From an uncultured delta proteobacterium (lineage in GTDB: Bacteria; Desulfobacterota; Binatia; UBA9968), in contig CAVSLC010000005.1 in the NCBI GenBank assembly GCA_963728565.1, positions 160,001 to 224,000 of the forward strand: a DNA stretch of 64,000 bases, written 5' to 3'. Both the position numbers and the translations under genes were made by a program. Below are positions 49,728-58,754 of this stretch, piece after piece (the first letter of the stretch is position 1; each line of letters begins with the position of its first letter). The notes under the pieces were generated by a model. That model saw nothing but the letters and a program-made list of their open reading frames with translations. It did not search any database and had not been told where the DNA came from.

Positions 49728-49916
49728 ATGGCGAAACAAAAGAGTGTGATGATTTGTTCGAATTGTGGCAGCGAGATGAATCATCACGCGGATAAGTTAA
49801 TCGATCCGGTGAAGCCGGAAGATCTGCGGCAGGTAAATTCCCAGCTCGGCGGCGTCATCGAAGAAATACACTGCTGTCCCGGATGCGGCGCCGCGGCTTC
49901 GCTTAGGGCAGAATGA
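49728..49916 (+). CDS. Small zinc-ribbon-like protein (CxxC...CxxC)
   Basis: CSNCG.EMNHHA...HCCPGCG. GGAGG RBS. Confidence 0.7.
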   Translation: MAKQKSVMICSNCGSEMNHHADKLIDPVKPEDLRQVNSQLGGVIEEIHCCPGCGAAASLRAE

Positions 49917-49932
49917 GGGAGGGTGAGATTCC

Positions 49933-50616
49933 ATGAGCTTCGATACGACGAGCTTTGAAATCGGTAAAAACCGAATTGAGGCGCTCAGCGATGGCATATT
50001 TGCCATCGTCATGACCCTTCTTATCCTCGAGTTTCACGTCCCAAATCTGCCGTCCAACGCGCCCAATGTCGAGGTTGCGCCGGCGCTGGTTGCTTTGTTG
50101 CCCAAGTTCGCAAGCTACATCGTCACCTTTGTCAGCCTGGGATTCTTCTGGGTCGGTCATCATATCATGTACCATGCCATCCGGCGCGCCGACCGGACGC
50201 TTCTCTGGCTCAACATCTTCTTTTTCATGTTCGTTTCCATGCTCCCGTTCTCGACCAGCGTGCTGAATGCCTTTTCAGAAGCTTTCATCGCGCCGCTCTT
50301 CTTCGGAACCAACCTCGCGATTATCGGTTGGATGTTGTTCTTTCAATGGCGCTATGCAAGCTCGCAACCGGAGATGCTGGCTGCTTTTGTCAGTGCCGAA
50401 TACCGCAATTCGGTACGATCCCGCATGTTGATAGTCCCGGTGGCGACAACGCTGACCGTGTTCATCTGTTTTTGGAGCGTGGGGATTAGCCTGGCGATCT
50501 ATCTCTTGCTTCTTCCTCTGTACATGCTTCCCGGAAAATTAACGGGGCGGCTAAAACTGCTCAAGATTTCAGGCCCGCTTCGTAGAGCGGATTGTTCCTG
50601 CTCAGGAGGAAACTAG
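49933..50616 (+). CDS. TMEM175 (DUF1211) potassium channel family protein
   Basis: RIEALSDGIFAIVMTLL, WVGHH and LPFST motifs. Confidence 0.9.
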   Translation: MSFDTTSFEIGKNRIEALSDGIFAIVMTLLILEFHVPNLPSNAPNVEVAPALVALLPKFASYIVTFVSLGFFWVGHHIMYHAIRRADRTLLWLNIFFFMFVSMLPFSTSVLNAFSEAFIAPLFFGTNLAIIGWMLFFQWRYASSQPEMLAAFVSAEYRNSVRSRMLIVPVATTLTVFICFWSVGISLAIYLLLLPLYMLPGKLTGRLKLLKISGPLRRADCSCSGGN

Positions 50617-50665
50617 TTCCGGCGCTTTCGGGTGAGAGTTCAAAATCATTCTACGGAGGATAGCG

Positions 50666-51691
50666 ATGCGGAATCTTCGATTTTTCCTTGGAGTTTTAAC
50701 GATTGTTCTTTCGATCGCAGCATCCTCCGGGCATCTCTACAGTGAACAAGACAGTCTCCATATCATCGATGTCGTGCGCCTTGATTCTCGTTTCGACAAG
50801 CTCGTGCCGTCGAATCTGAAGATCGAGAAGATCGCCGGCGGCCACAAATGGGTGGAAGGACCGGTGTGGAACCGCCAAGAAGGCTACCTGCTCTTCTCGG
50901 ACATACCAAACAATTCGATCTATAGATGGCAGGAAGACAGAGGCGAAAGTCTGTTTCTAAAACCCAGCGGTTATACCGGCAAAGCTCCATTCGGAGGAGC
51001 CGAGCCGGGCTCGAACGGGCTGGCGTTCGATCCCGCGGGACGGTTGGCACTGGCGCAACACGGTAACCGCCGCATCGCCCGCCTCGAGAGAAGCGGCCGC
51101 ATGACCACGCTGGTGGATCGTTACGAGGGAAAGCGTATCAACAGCCCGAATGATCTGGTCTTCAAGTCAAACGGTGACCTTTATTTTACCGATCCGCCAT
51201 TTGGCTTACCGAAATCCTTCGACGATCCGCACAAAGAACTGCCGTTCCAGGGCGTCTACAGATTCTCCAAAGATGGCAAACTGACGCTCCTGACCAAAAA
51301 CATCAAAGCGCCGAACGGCATCGCGTTCTCGCCGGACGAGAAAAAGCTCTATGTCAGCAATGCCGACGCCAGTAATGCCATCTGGATGGTCTATGACGTG
51401 AAACCGGATGGCACCATCGCGAATGGAAAAACTTTGTTCAATGCTACGGCATGGACGAACAATAAACCTGGCGTGCCGGACGGCATCAAGATCGACAAAG
51501 ACGGCAACCTGTTTGCCGCCGGGCCAGGGGGTATTCATGTCATCGCGCCTGACGGCACTCATCTCGGCAGCATAGAGACAGGCGTACCGACGGGCAATCT
51601 GGCGTGGGGCGAGGATGGATCAACTCTTTTCATCACCTCGAACAAAACCGTTTATCGCTTGAAGCTCGGGACCAAAGGCGTTGGATTCTAG
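50666..51691 (+). CDS. SMP-30/gluconolactonase family protein (exported)
   Basis: EGPVW, FSDIP, GSNGL, NSPND and PDGIKID motifs. Confidence 0.93.
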   Translation: MRNLRFFLGVLTIVLSIAASSGHLYSEQDSLHIIDVVRLDSRFDKLVPSNLKIEKIAGGHKWVEGPVWNRQEGYLLFSDIPNNSIYRWQEDRGESLFLKPSGYTGKAPFGGAEPGSNGLAFDPAGRLALAQHGNRRIARLERSGRMTTLVDRYEGKRINSPNDLVFKSNGDLYFTDPPFGLPKSFDDPHKELPFQGVYRFSKDGKLTLLTKNIKAPNGIAFSPDEKKLYVSNADASNAIWMVYDVKPDGTIANGKTLFNATAWTNNKPGVPDGIKIDKDGNLFAAGPGGIHVIAPDGTHLGSIETGVPTGNLAWGEDGSTLFITSNKTVYRLKLGTKGVGF

Positions 51692-51730
51692 CCGGCATCC
51701 TTGGCGCCGCCAGATCTCGTGCAATCCAGA

Positions 51731-51760
51731 CGCATCCTTTGCCACAGTGCCGGCATCTAA
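51731..51760 (+). promoter_or_regulatory. Putative ECF sigma promoter, copy 4
   Basis: CGCATCCTTT-N12-GCATCTAA. Confidence 0.75.
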
Positions 51761-51828
51761 TCCTGTACGCACCATTTCGAATGATTCAGCGCGAGTATGC
51801 AAAACAAAAACTCACAAGGAGGAAAATC

Positions 51829-52567
51829 ATGGTTACGAAGTTAATAGGTATATCTGCGGGCTTGATGTTGAGTGTGGCCGGGGTTTCAGCGGCAGACGAC
51901 GGCATGGCAACAAAATTTACCGTACGGATCGAGAACATCACCAAGCCCGACGCATTTACGGCGTCGAACGGCGAAAAGTGGTCGCTTGCATTCTCGCCCG
52001 GCATGGCAGTGGTGCATACTGAGAAGGCGCCAATTTTTAGCGCCGGGAAAAAGGACCGCAGCCAAGGGCTCGAAGCGCAGTCCGAGGACGGCGACCCAAG
52101 TATGCTCGCCAAGTCGCTTCAGAGTGTCAAAGGAATAAAATCGATCGTGGTTTTTACCACGCCGATTGGCGCGGCCGGCCCAGGCCCGATCACTCCAGGG
52201 GCAGCTTACGAATTCACGTTTTCCGCAATCGCGGGCGATCGACTATCGCTGACGACGATGATGGGCCAGTCCAATGACTGGTTCTACGCTCCGGCGGAAT
52301 CCGGCATCGATCTGTTCGAGAACGGCAGGGGCATCAGCGGAGATATCACGTCGCAAATGGTTCTCTGGGATGCCGGCACGGAAGTCGATCAGGAACCCGG
52401 CATCGGCTCCGACCAAGGACCGCGGCAGAAAGCGCCCAACACCGGCGCCGCCGAGAATGGCGTCGTGCGCAATGCGAAGGATGTGAAATACGGCAGAGCT
52501 TATGCGAAGATGTCTCAGCGTCATGCGCGTCACCATCACGCCGGCGAAAGCGCCAGGCTCTAATTAA
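51829..52567 (+). CDS. Spondin_N domain protein (exported), probable frameshift ~52515
   Basis: FTVRIEN, FSPG...VH, EDGD, M.GQSNDWF and WDAGTE motifs. The shifted frame ends VMRVTITP. Confidence 0.85.
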
Positions 52568-52696
52568 GACGATCGATTATCATGCGAAATGTTTAATTCC
52601 GTCGGCGCGCCTCGGCGCGCCGGCGGATAAAAGCTTCATACGGTTTGCAAGTCGTGCTACGAACCACGGCACCACAGCGCCGATGGGACTCACGCT

Positions 52697-52777
52697 GTTT
52701 AACGCCAAGGCTGAGAAGCGACGGTCCGCGAGCTTTGCGAGCGGGGCCGTACGTCTTTCTCAAGCCGCTGGTTAGGG
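52697..52777 (-). repeat. attC site 3
   Basis: Minus strand CCCTAAC-cagc-GGCTTGAGAA...TTCTCAGCC-ttggc-GTTAAAC, an imperfect hairpin. Confidence 0.8.
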
Positions 52778-52790
52778 GCTGCAAGTCGGT

Positions 52791-52991
52791 TCACGTCAGC
52801 TCTTCGAGAAACTCGACGTCTTTTTTCAGCAATTGATTCACCATCTCGCCAACATCCTTGCCTTTCCTACGGGCAATGCGCTCTAGTTTACTCTGCAGTT
52901 TAGGTTCTAGATAAATCGGTAGCCGCAGTTCGGCGCCTTTCCGATAAAACTTCCCTCGGACGGCTTTCGAAAAATCATATTCTCGTCTCAT
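52791..52991 (-). CDS. BrnA/CopG-like antitoxin
   Basis: MRREYDFSKAVRGKFY N-terminus, directly downstream of BrnT. Confidence 0.8.
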   Translation of the reverse strand: MRREYDFSKAVRGKFYRKGAELRLPIYLEPKLQSKLERIARRKGKDVGEMVNQLLKKDVEFLEELT

Positions 52992-52994
52992 AGT

Positions 52995-53294
52995 TTATTT
53001 CCTCTGATATTGCTTCGTTTCGTTCTTTGTTGCTTTTCGCGCTGATATCAGGCGTACTCGCGCACTGTTTTCCGCTTCTTCACGATACGTATGGGAAATA
53101 ACCAACAACGCACCAGTCTGATCCAACCCCAAAGTTATCCACCTTTCCTCCTCTTCACTATGTTGCTCATCGAATAATGACAAAGCGTTTGGATCTAAGA
53201 ACACTGTGGCTCCGCGTTCAAATGTAACACGATGTTTTCTTGCATTTTGCCGGGCCTTAGAAGGGTCCCATTCAAAGTGGAATTGAAACGCCAC
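52995..53294 (-). CDS. BrnT-family ribonuclease toxin
   Basis: FEWDPSKARQN.RKH.VTFE, HSEEEER...LG and RLISARKAT motifs. Confidence 0.92.
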   Translation of the reverse strand: MAFQFHFEWDPSKARQNARKHRVTFERGATVFLDPNALSLFDEQHSEEEERWITLGLDQTGALLVISHTYREEAENSARVRLISARKATKNETKQYQRK

Positions 53295-53351
53295 GCGGGA
53301 ATTATCTCATAAAACGCGAGAGAAAAGCACGTTGGCAGCAGTCGCGATCAA

Positions 53352-53409
53352 TCCTAACGTGGCGCTCAGGCGGCGCTCTTAACGATCGGTCTGAAGCGCT
53401 TAGTTATGT
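53352..53409 (-). repeat. attC site 2
   Basis: Minus strand ACATAAC-taagcgc-TTCAGACCG...CCGCCTGAgcgccac-GTTAGGA. The DUF2442 stop codon lies inside the R'' box. Confidence 0.88.
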
Positions 53410-53721
53410 GGTGGATTCCGTCAGGCTGTGCTTCGCGGAGCCCCATTTCGTTGCTAAAGCCGTGAGCGCAGGTCCTGATTCGGGCCAGTTATGTAGAATC
53501 GCTGGGTCAAAATCTGCACCATTTGGCCAAACAAGCGTGTGAATCTCTGGATCAATACGAACCTGATCAAAAAGTGTGGGCTCTTGCAGAGGACCGTATA
53601 GTTCCCCCTTCAGGACAGGACGGAAATCAATAATTTGAGACGTGCCATCGTCAAACTGCACCCGCAGGGTGAACGGCGCTACTTTCTGGAACGAGGAAAC
53701 CCGATAAATCTCATGACCCAT
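53404..53721 (-). CDS. DUF2442 domain protein (putative antitoxin)
   Basis: LRVQFDDG, L...FDQV.ID and TLVWPNGADFDP motifs. Confidence 0.88.
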   Translation of the reverse strand: MGHEIYRVSSFQKVAPFTLRVQFDDGTSQIIDFRPVLKGELYGPLQEPTLFDQVRIDPEIHTLVWPNGADFDPAILHNWPESGPALTALATKWGSAKHSLTESTT

Positions 53722-53734
53722 ATGGTAGACCCTC

Positions 53735-54004
53735 TCACTTTAACGGTTCAATCTTAATGGGCGGACGACCCTGTTGCAACGTCTGCCAGTTCGACAATAA
53801 CTCTTCCTGATGAAGCTCTGCCCAGGCCAGAACGAGACGCTCCTGCCGTCTCGGAAGGGAACCAGCCAAACGCTCGATCTTGCCGATATCATAGATTCCC
53901 ACATGGTCCTGATAATACGCGTGGAAGTGAGGCATATGATGCTGTCCTCCTGCCTCGACGAACATGCGAATGATAATGCCGAAGAATCTAGAAACCTCTG
54001 GCAT
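53735..54004 (-). CDS. DUF4160 domain protein (putative toxin)
   Basis: MPEVSRFFGIIIRM, H..PHFHA.Y, WAELHQEELL.NW and IEPL motifs. Confidence 0.9.
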   Translation of the reverse strand: MPEVSRFFGIIIRMFVEAGGQHHMPHFHAYYQDHVGIYDIGKIERLAGSLPRRQERLVLAWAELHQEELLSNWQTLQQGRPPIKIEPLK

Positions 54005-54025
54005 TACTTATCCAGTTCATAGACC

Positions 54026-54084
54026 ACATAACGTGAGCGCTCAGCCGGCGCTTTTAGCGACCGGTCTGAAGCGACGGGTTAGGA
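54026..54084 (-). repeat. attC site 1
   Basis: Minus strand TCCTAAC-ccgtcgc-TTCAGACCGG...CCGGCTGAgcgctcac-GTTATGT, closely similar to attC2. Confidence 0.88.
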
Positions 54085-54105
54085 GGCTTTCAGAGCCAAC
54101 ATGAA

Positions 54106-54530
54106 TTACGATCCCGGAACTCGCGATGAGTGGTGATCAACGATTAACCATTTTCCGTTACGATTTCGGTAAACAAATGTGAAACGGGCAGGGTTCGCAA
54201 AAGTATAGTAGCCGGTGTTTATGGCCACATCACCATATACCCGAATATGCTGTTCGCCGAGAGTAACTCTCGCTTTTCGGTTTTTGCCGGCATCCTTCGA
54301 AATACTCAGCAACTGCAGCCGGATTTGCAGCGATAGTTTTCGCCGACGTTCCCCAAAACACTGCTTCGGGGTCATACAGCGAGGTGATACGCGCAGGATC
54401 ACGGCGATCATACGCCCAACCCACGCGGAAGTCGCCTCGGCCACTGTTGCGCAGTGTCAGTGCGATCCGCAGTTATAGTCCCACATGCCGCAACCAAAGC
54501 GACAAGAAAAAGCGTAATCAGATTTCGCAT
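54106..54530 (-). pseudogene. NTF2-like (DUF4440/SgcJ) lipoprotein cassette gene, frameshifted
   Basis: Pieces MRNLITLFLVALVAACG / LYDPEAVFWGT / AINTGYYTF..ARFTFVY..GKWLIVDHHSS lie across different frames. Confidence 0.75.
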
Positions 54531-54706
54531 ACTGTTAATAATCCTCTAACCATTGAGTATACTGACCAGTATATTACCGACTCCGAAAATCATAGCGCAG
54601 CAAAATTGAGCTTTTCAATCACGCCGTTATCAACTGTTTTCTAGTAACGGTCATTCAATATACCAGGTCAGTATATTACGAATATACCTGCATAGACCGC
54701 CCTTGC

Positions 54707-55082
54707 TCACAATGCGTCTGCAGGACTCCGAACTCCCTTCCACCTCGATTTAACACGTGCGTGTAAACCATAGGGTAGCACATCATTGTGGCCCAAAAGT
54801 TCCTGGAAGTCCGAATGTCGTATCCATTCTCTAGCAAGTGCGTAGCAAATGAATGGCGCAAACTGTGCGGACCGGCGGGCTTGAACACGCCGGCTTTAAG
54901 CCGAGCTTCTTTAAACGCCCGTTGCAAAACGGTCTCATGGAGATGATGCCGGCGGTTTTCTCCTGTCGATCTGTCAAGTAATGACTTGTGGCGGGGAACA
55001 CCCGCTGCCATCCCCATTCTTGGCCGGCGTTCGGAATTTGTGGTCGAGGGCCATTCGGTAAAGATACTCCGCCTGATCCTTT
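54707..55082 (-). pseudogene. intI: Integron integrase (IntI) C-terminal remnant
   Basis: IntI-specific insertion (VSLP...[15 protein letters not shown]), [35 protein letters not shown] and GVRSPAD. Several frameshifts and no N-terminus. Confidence 0.9.
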
Positions 55083-55178
55083 TGCATCACCGTTAAAGCG
55101 GTTGAACTCCAGCAGCCAAGCTGTTTCTCACCGCGAGAGAGTATCCCGCTCTAAACACGATTCAGGGTTTGCGAAGTC

Positions 55179-55208
55179 TGCATCGTTTCACTCCTTGGCG
55201 ACATCTAA
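55179..55208 (+). promoter_or_regulatory. Putative ECF sigma promoter, copy 5
   Basis: TGCATCGTTT-N12-ACATCTAA. Confidence 0.75.
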
Positions 55209-55260
55209 CCCACAGAATTTCCCCAGTCATAGTCACAAACAAAATTAACGGAGGATTATC

Positions 55261-55767
55261 ATGAGTAAACGTAATCTTATTATCGGGGTCGCTGGCGTCG
55301 CACTGGCAATCGCTTGGTACGCGTTCCGGCCCGAGTTGCTCTTCATCAACAAAACCGTCAACGAGGAGCTGCCGGTTGCTCAGGCAGGCTCAGTATCGAT
55401 GGCCAAAGAAACAGAGACCATGGTTTTGGCGAAGGGCGATTTTCGCGGGCTGGCGCACGAGACCAAAGGCGAAGCGACGGTTCATCGATTGGCGGACGGC
55501 AAGCGCATACTGCGGCTGAGCGATTTTGAGACTTCCAACGGTCCGGATGTCCATGTCTATCTGGTTGCCGCCGAAGTGGCCAAGGACAATGCGACTGTCA
55601 AGCAAGCCGGCTTCATCGATTTGGGTTCACTCAAAGGCAACAAGGGCGATCAGAACTATGATGTGCCGGCGGATGCCGATCTCAACAAGTACAAGTCGGT
55701 GAGCATCTGGTGCGCGCGTTTCGGGGTTAACTTTGGCGCCGCTACTCTTGGTTCACAGAGCAGCTAG
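55261..55767 (+). CDS. DM13 domain protein
   Basis: LFINKTVNE, H.T.G, NGPDVHVYL, LKGNKGDQNY and IWCARFGVNFG motifs. Confidence 0.92.
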   Translation: MSKRNLIIGVAGVALAIAWYAFRPELLFINKTVNEELPVAQAGSVSMAKETETMVLAKGDFRGLAHETKGEATVHRLADGKRILRLSDFETSNGPDVHVYLVAAEVAKDNATVKQAGFIDLGSLKGNKGDQNYDVPADADLNKYKSVSIWCARFGVNFGAATLGSQSS

Positions 55768-55842
55768 AGGACCGCTATTCCTTGTCGGCTGCTTTCCCTG
55801 CGGGGGAAGCAGCCGGTTTGAGAAAGTACGAAAGGATTCGAG

Positions 55843-57156
55843 ATGGCCAGGGGCAGAAAACAGATTGTGATCCTCGGCGGCGGCTTCGGCGGTCTCTACA
55901 CCGCCCGAGAACTGGAAAAAAAGCTCGGCGCGGATCCGGATGTCGAGATAACGCTGGTGAACCGCGACAATTTCTTTCTCTTTACTCCGATGTTGCATGA
56001 AGTAGCCGCCAGCGACCTCGACCCTGCCGACATCCTGAATCCGATCCGCAAGCTTTTGAAGCAATCTCGTTTCTTCGTCGGCAATGTCGAGGCGATCGAC
56101 CTCGACTCCAAGAAAGTCAAAGTCTCTCATGGAGAGGGCCAACATCCGCATGAGCTGGCGTACGATCAACTGGTGATCGCGCTGGGCTCGGTCAGCAATT
56201 TCTTCACTCTCCCTGGAGTTGAAGAGCGCGCGCTGCCCATGAAGTCACTCAATGATGCAGTGACCTTGCGCAGCCGGCTTATCGAGCAGTTGGACGAAGC
56301 CGATTTTGAATGTTGTCCGGCGATGCGAGCTTCGTTGATGACCATCGTTGTAGCCGGCGGCGGTTTTGCCGGCGTTGAGACGGTTGCGGCAGTAAATGAT
56401 TTTTTACGCGAAGCCTTGAAGTATTACCCGAACCTCAGCGAAGAAATGATTCGCGTCGTGCTGGTTGAACACGGGCCTGCGGTCTTGCCGGAGCTCGACG
56501 GCAGCTTGGGTGCATATGCGGCGGAGAAGCTTTCCCGGCGCGGAGTTGAGATACGGCTTCAAACCGCCGTGACTTCCATGTCGGAGCGCGCTGTAACCCT
56601 GAGCGACGGCACGTCTATCCACACCCGGACTCTCGTCTGGACGGCGGGCACTGCGCCGAATCCTTTGCTGGCGGCGCTTGCCTGCTCAAAGGAGAAGGGC
56701 AAGTTGATCGTCGACGAGAATCTTGAAATTCCCGGCCGGCCGGGCGTCTGGGCGCTGGGCGACTGCGCCGCGATTCGCGATCGCCAGTCCGGCAGGCTTT
56801 ATCCGCCGACAGCGCAGCACGCCTTGCGCCAGGGAAAAGTTGTCGCACACAATGTCATCGCCGCGATTCGTGGGACGGCAAAACAACCCTTCGTTTTCTC
56901 CACCATCGGCCAACTCGCTGCCATCGGCAGGCGAACCGGTGTCGCCAACATCTTGGGTGTCAACTTCTCCGGCTTCATCGCCTGGTGGATGTGGCGAACC
57001 ATTTACCTGAGCAAGCTGCCGCGCCTTGAGAAGAAAGTGCGAGTGGCGCTGGGCTGGTCACTCGATCTGTTTTTTTCGAAGGATCTCGTACAGCTCAAAA
57101 CCAACGACGCGACGGTTTGCCGCGGCGCTGCGGTTAAACAACAATCCGCTGCCTGA
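55843..57156 (+). CDS. Type II NADH dehydrogenase-like FAD-dependent oxidoreductase
   Basis: GGGFGG, FTPML.EVA, GGGFAGVE, WALGD and PPTAQHA motifs. Confidence 0.9.
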   Translation: MARGRKQIVILGGGFGGLYTARELEKKLGADPDVEITLVNRDNFFLFTPMLHEVAASDLDPADILNPIRKLLKQSRFFVGNVEAIDLDSKKVKVSHGEGQHPHELAYDQLVIALGSVSNFFTLPGVEERALPMKSLNDAVTLRSRLIEQLDEADFECCPAMRASLMTIVVAGGGFAGVETVAAVNDFLREALKYYPNLSEEMIRVVLVEHGPAVLPELDGSLGAYAAEKLSRRGVEIRLQTAVTSMSERAVTLSDGTSIHTRTLVWTAGTAPNPLLAALACSKEKGKLIVDENLEIPGRPGVWALGDCAAIRDRQSGRLYPPTAQHALRQGKVVAHNVIAAIRGTAKQPFVFSTIGQLAAIGRRTGVANILGVNFSGFIAWWMWRTIYLSKLPRLEKKVRVALGWSLDLFFSKDLVQLKTNDATVCRGAAVKQQSAA

Positions 57157-57171
57157 GAAAGGAATAAGAAT

Positions 57172-58743
57172 ATGCCCAGCCAAGACCATTACGATGTTGT
57201 CATTATCGGCACCGGCGCAGGCGGCGGCACGCTGGCGCATAAACTCGCGCCCAGCGGCAAGCGCATTCTGCTCCTGGAACGGGGCGGGTATGTGCCGCGC
57301 GAGAAAGACAACTGGAATCCGCGCGCCGTCAACCTCGAAGGAAAATATCAGACCAAAGAGATGTGGCATGACAAAGACGGCCACGAACTTCATCCGCACA
57401 CCAACTATTACGTCGGCGGCAACACCAAATTCTACGGCGCGGCGCTGTTCCGCCTGCGCAAAGAAGATTTTGGTGAAATCCGCCATCACGGCGGCCTCTC
57501 TCCGGCATGGCCCATTGTTTACGATGACATGGAGCCCTACTACACCGAGGCGGAACAGCTTTATCACGTACACGGCAACCGCGGCGAAGATCCGGCCGAG
57601 CCGCCTGCGAGTGCGCCTTATCCGCATCCGGCGGTCAGCCATGAATCGCGCATTCAACAATTATCCGATGATTTCGCGCAGCTCGGCCTGCGCCCGTTTC
57701 ACACGCCACTTGGCGTGATGCTCGACGAAAAGGATTCGCATGCGAGCCGCTGCATTCGCTGCAATAGCTGTGACGGATTTCCTTGCCTGGTTGGTGCCAA
57801 ATCCGACGCGCAGATTTGCGCCGTCGATCCGGCGCTCCAACATGCCAACGTGACTCTCAGAACCGACGCTTACGTCGAACGGCTCCAAACCAGCCCGTCG
57901 GGCCGCGAGATCAGCAAGGTAATGATCAAGAGCAACGGCGTTCGCGAGGAAATTTCGGCAGATATCGTGGTCTCGTCTTGCGGCGCGATCAACTCGGCGG
58001 CTTTGCTGCTCCGTTCCGCCAATGAGCGGCATCCGAACGGGCTAGCCAATGGTTCCGACGTCGTCGGCCGCCATTACATGGGGCACGTCAACTCGGTCCT
58101 GATGGCTCTATCGAAATGTCCCAACCCGACGATTTTTCAAAAATCGCTTTCGGTGAATGATTTCTATTTCGGCACGGCCGGCTGGAATTACCCGATGGGC
58201 CATATTTCGTTTGTCGGCAAGCTCGATGGCGAGACTCTGAAGGGGGGCGCGCCGGCGCTCACGCCCGGCTGGACTCTTGACATGATGGCGCGCCATTCGC
58301 TCGACTTTTGGCTCACGTCGGAGGATCTGCCCGATCCGGACAATCGGGTCACCGTCGATTCCTCCGGCGGTATTGTTCTCAGTTATAAACCTAACAACGA
58401 AGAAGGTCACAAGCGGCTCATCGTCAAGCTGAAGGAACTCATGCAACAGCAGACCGCGTGCAAGATCCATGGCCGCGAATGCCATCAGGGACTGTTCGGC
58501 CGCAACCTCTACGTCGGTCAGCGCATTCCCCTGGCAGGTGTGGCGCATCAGGTAGGAACGGTTCGCTTCGGCAACGATCCAAGAACCAGCGCGCTGGACG
58601 CCAATTGCAAAGCGCACGATGTCGATAATCTTTATGTCGTCGACGGCAGCTTTTTCTGCTCGAGCGGCGCGGTGAATCCGGCTCTCACCATCATGGCCAA
58701 TGCCCTGAGAGTGGGGGAGCATCTGATTGAAAGGATGAAGTAG
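57172..58743 (+). CDS. GMC family oxidoreductase
   Basis: GTGAGG, LLERG, VGGNTKFYGA, CxxCxxC, HQVGT and VDGSFF..SGAVNPALT motifs. Confidence 0.93.
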   Translation: MPSQDHYDVVIIGTGAGGGTLAHKLAPSGKRILLLERGGYVPREKDNWNPRAVNLEGKYQTKEMWHDKDGHELHPHTNYYVGGNTKFYGAALFRLRKEDFGEIRHHGGLSPAWPIVYDDMEPYYTEAEQLYHVHGNRGEDPAEPPASAPYPHPAVSHESRIQQLSDDFAQLGLRPFHTPLGVMLDEKDSHASRCIRCNSCDGFPCLVGAKSDAQICAVDPALQHANVTLRTDAYVERLQTSPSGREISKVMIKSNGVREEISADIVVSSCGAINSAALLLRSANERHPNGLANGSDVVGRHYMGHVNSVLMALSKCPNPTIFQKSLSVNDFYFGTAGWNYPMGHISFVGKLDGETLKGGAPALTPGWTLDMMARHSLDFWLTSEDLPDPDNRVTVDSSGGIVLSYKPNNEEGHKRLIVKLKELMQQQTACKIHGRECHQGLFGRNLYVGQRIPLAGVAHQVGTVRFGNDPRTSALDANCKAHDVDNLYVVDGSFFCSSGAVNPALTIMANALRVGEHLIERMK

Positions 58744-58754
58744 GACACAGCAAA

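Larger units (their letters stand above)
52697..55082 (-). mobile_element. Integron (decayed intI upstream of and co-oriented with three cassettes)
   Basis: IntI remnant, a putative attI core GTTAGAG (54550-54544), and three attC sites flanking cassette genes. Confidence 0.88.

Noticed and set aside
54555-54580. LexA box or dif site near intI
   Set aside because: It does not fit CTGT-N8-ACAG or the XerC/D 11-6-11 consensus. Kept only as an attI-associated palindrome.
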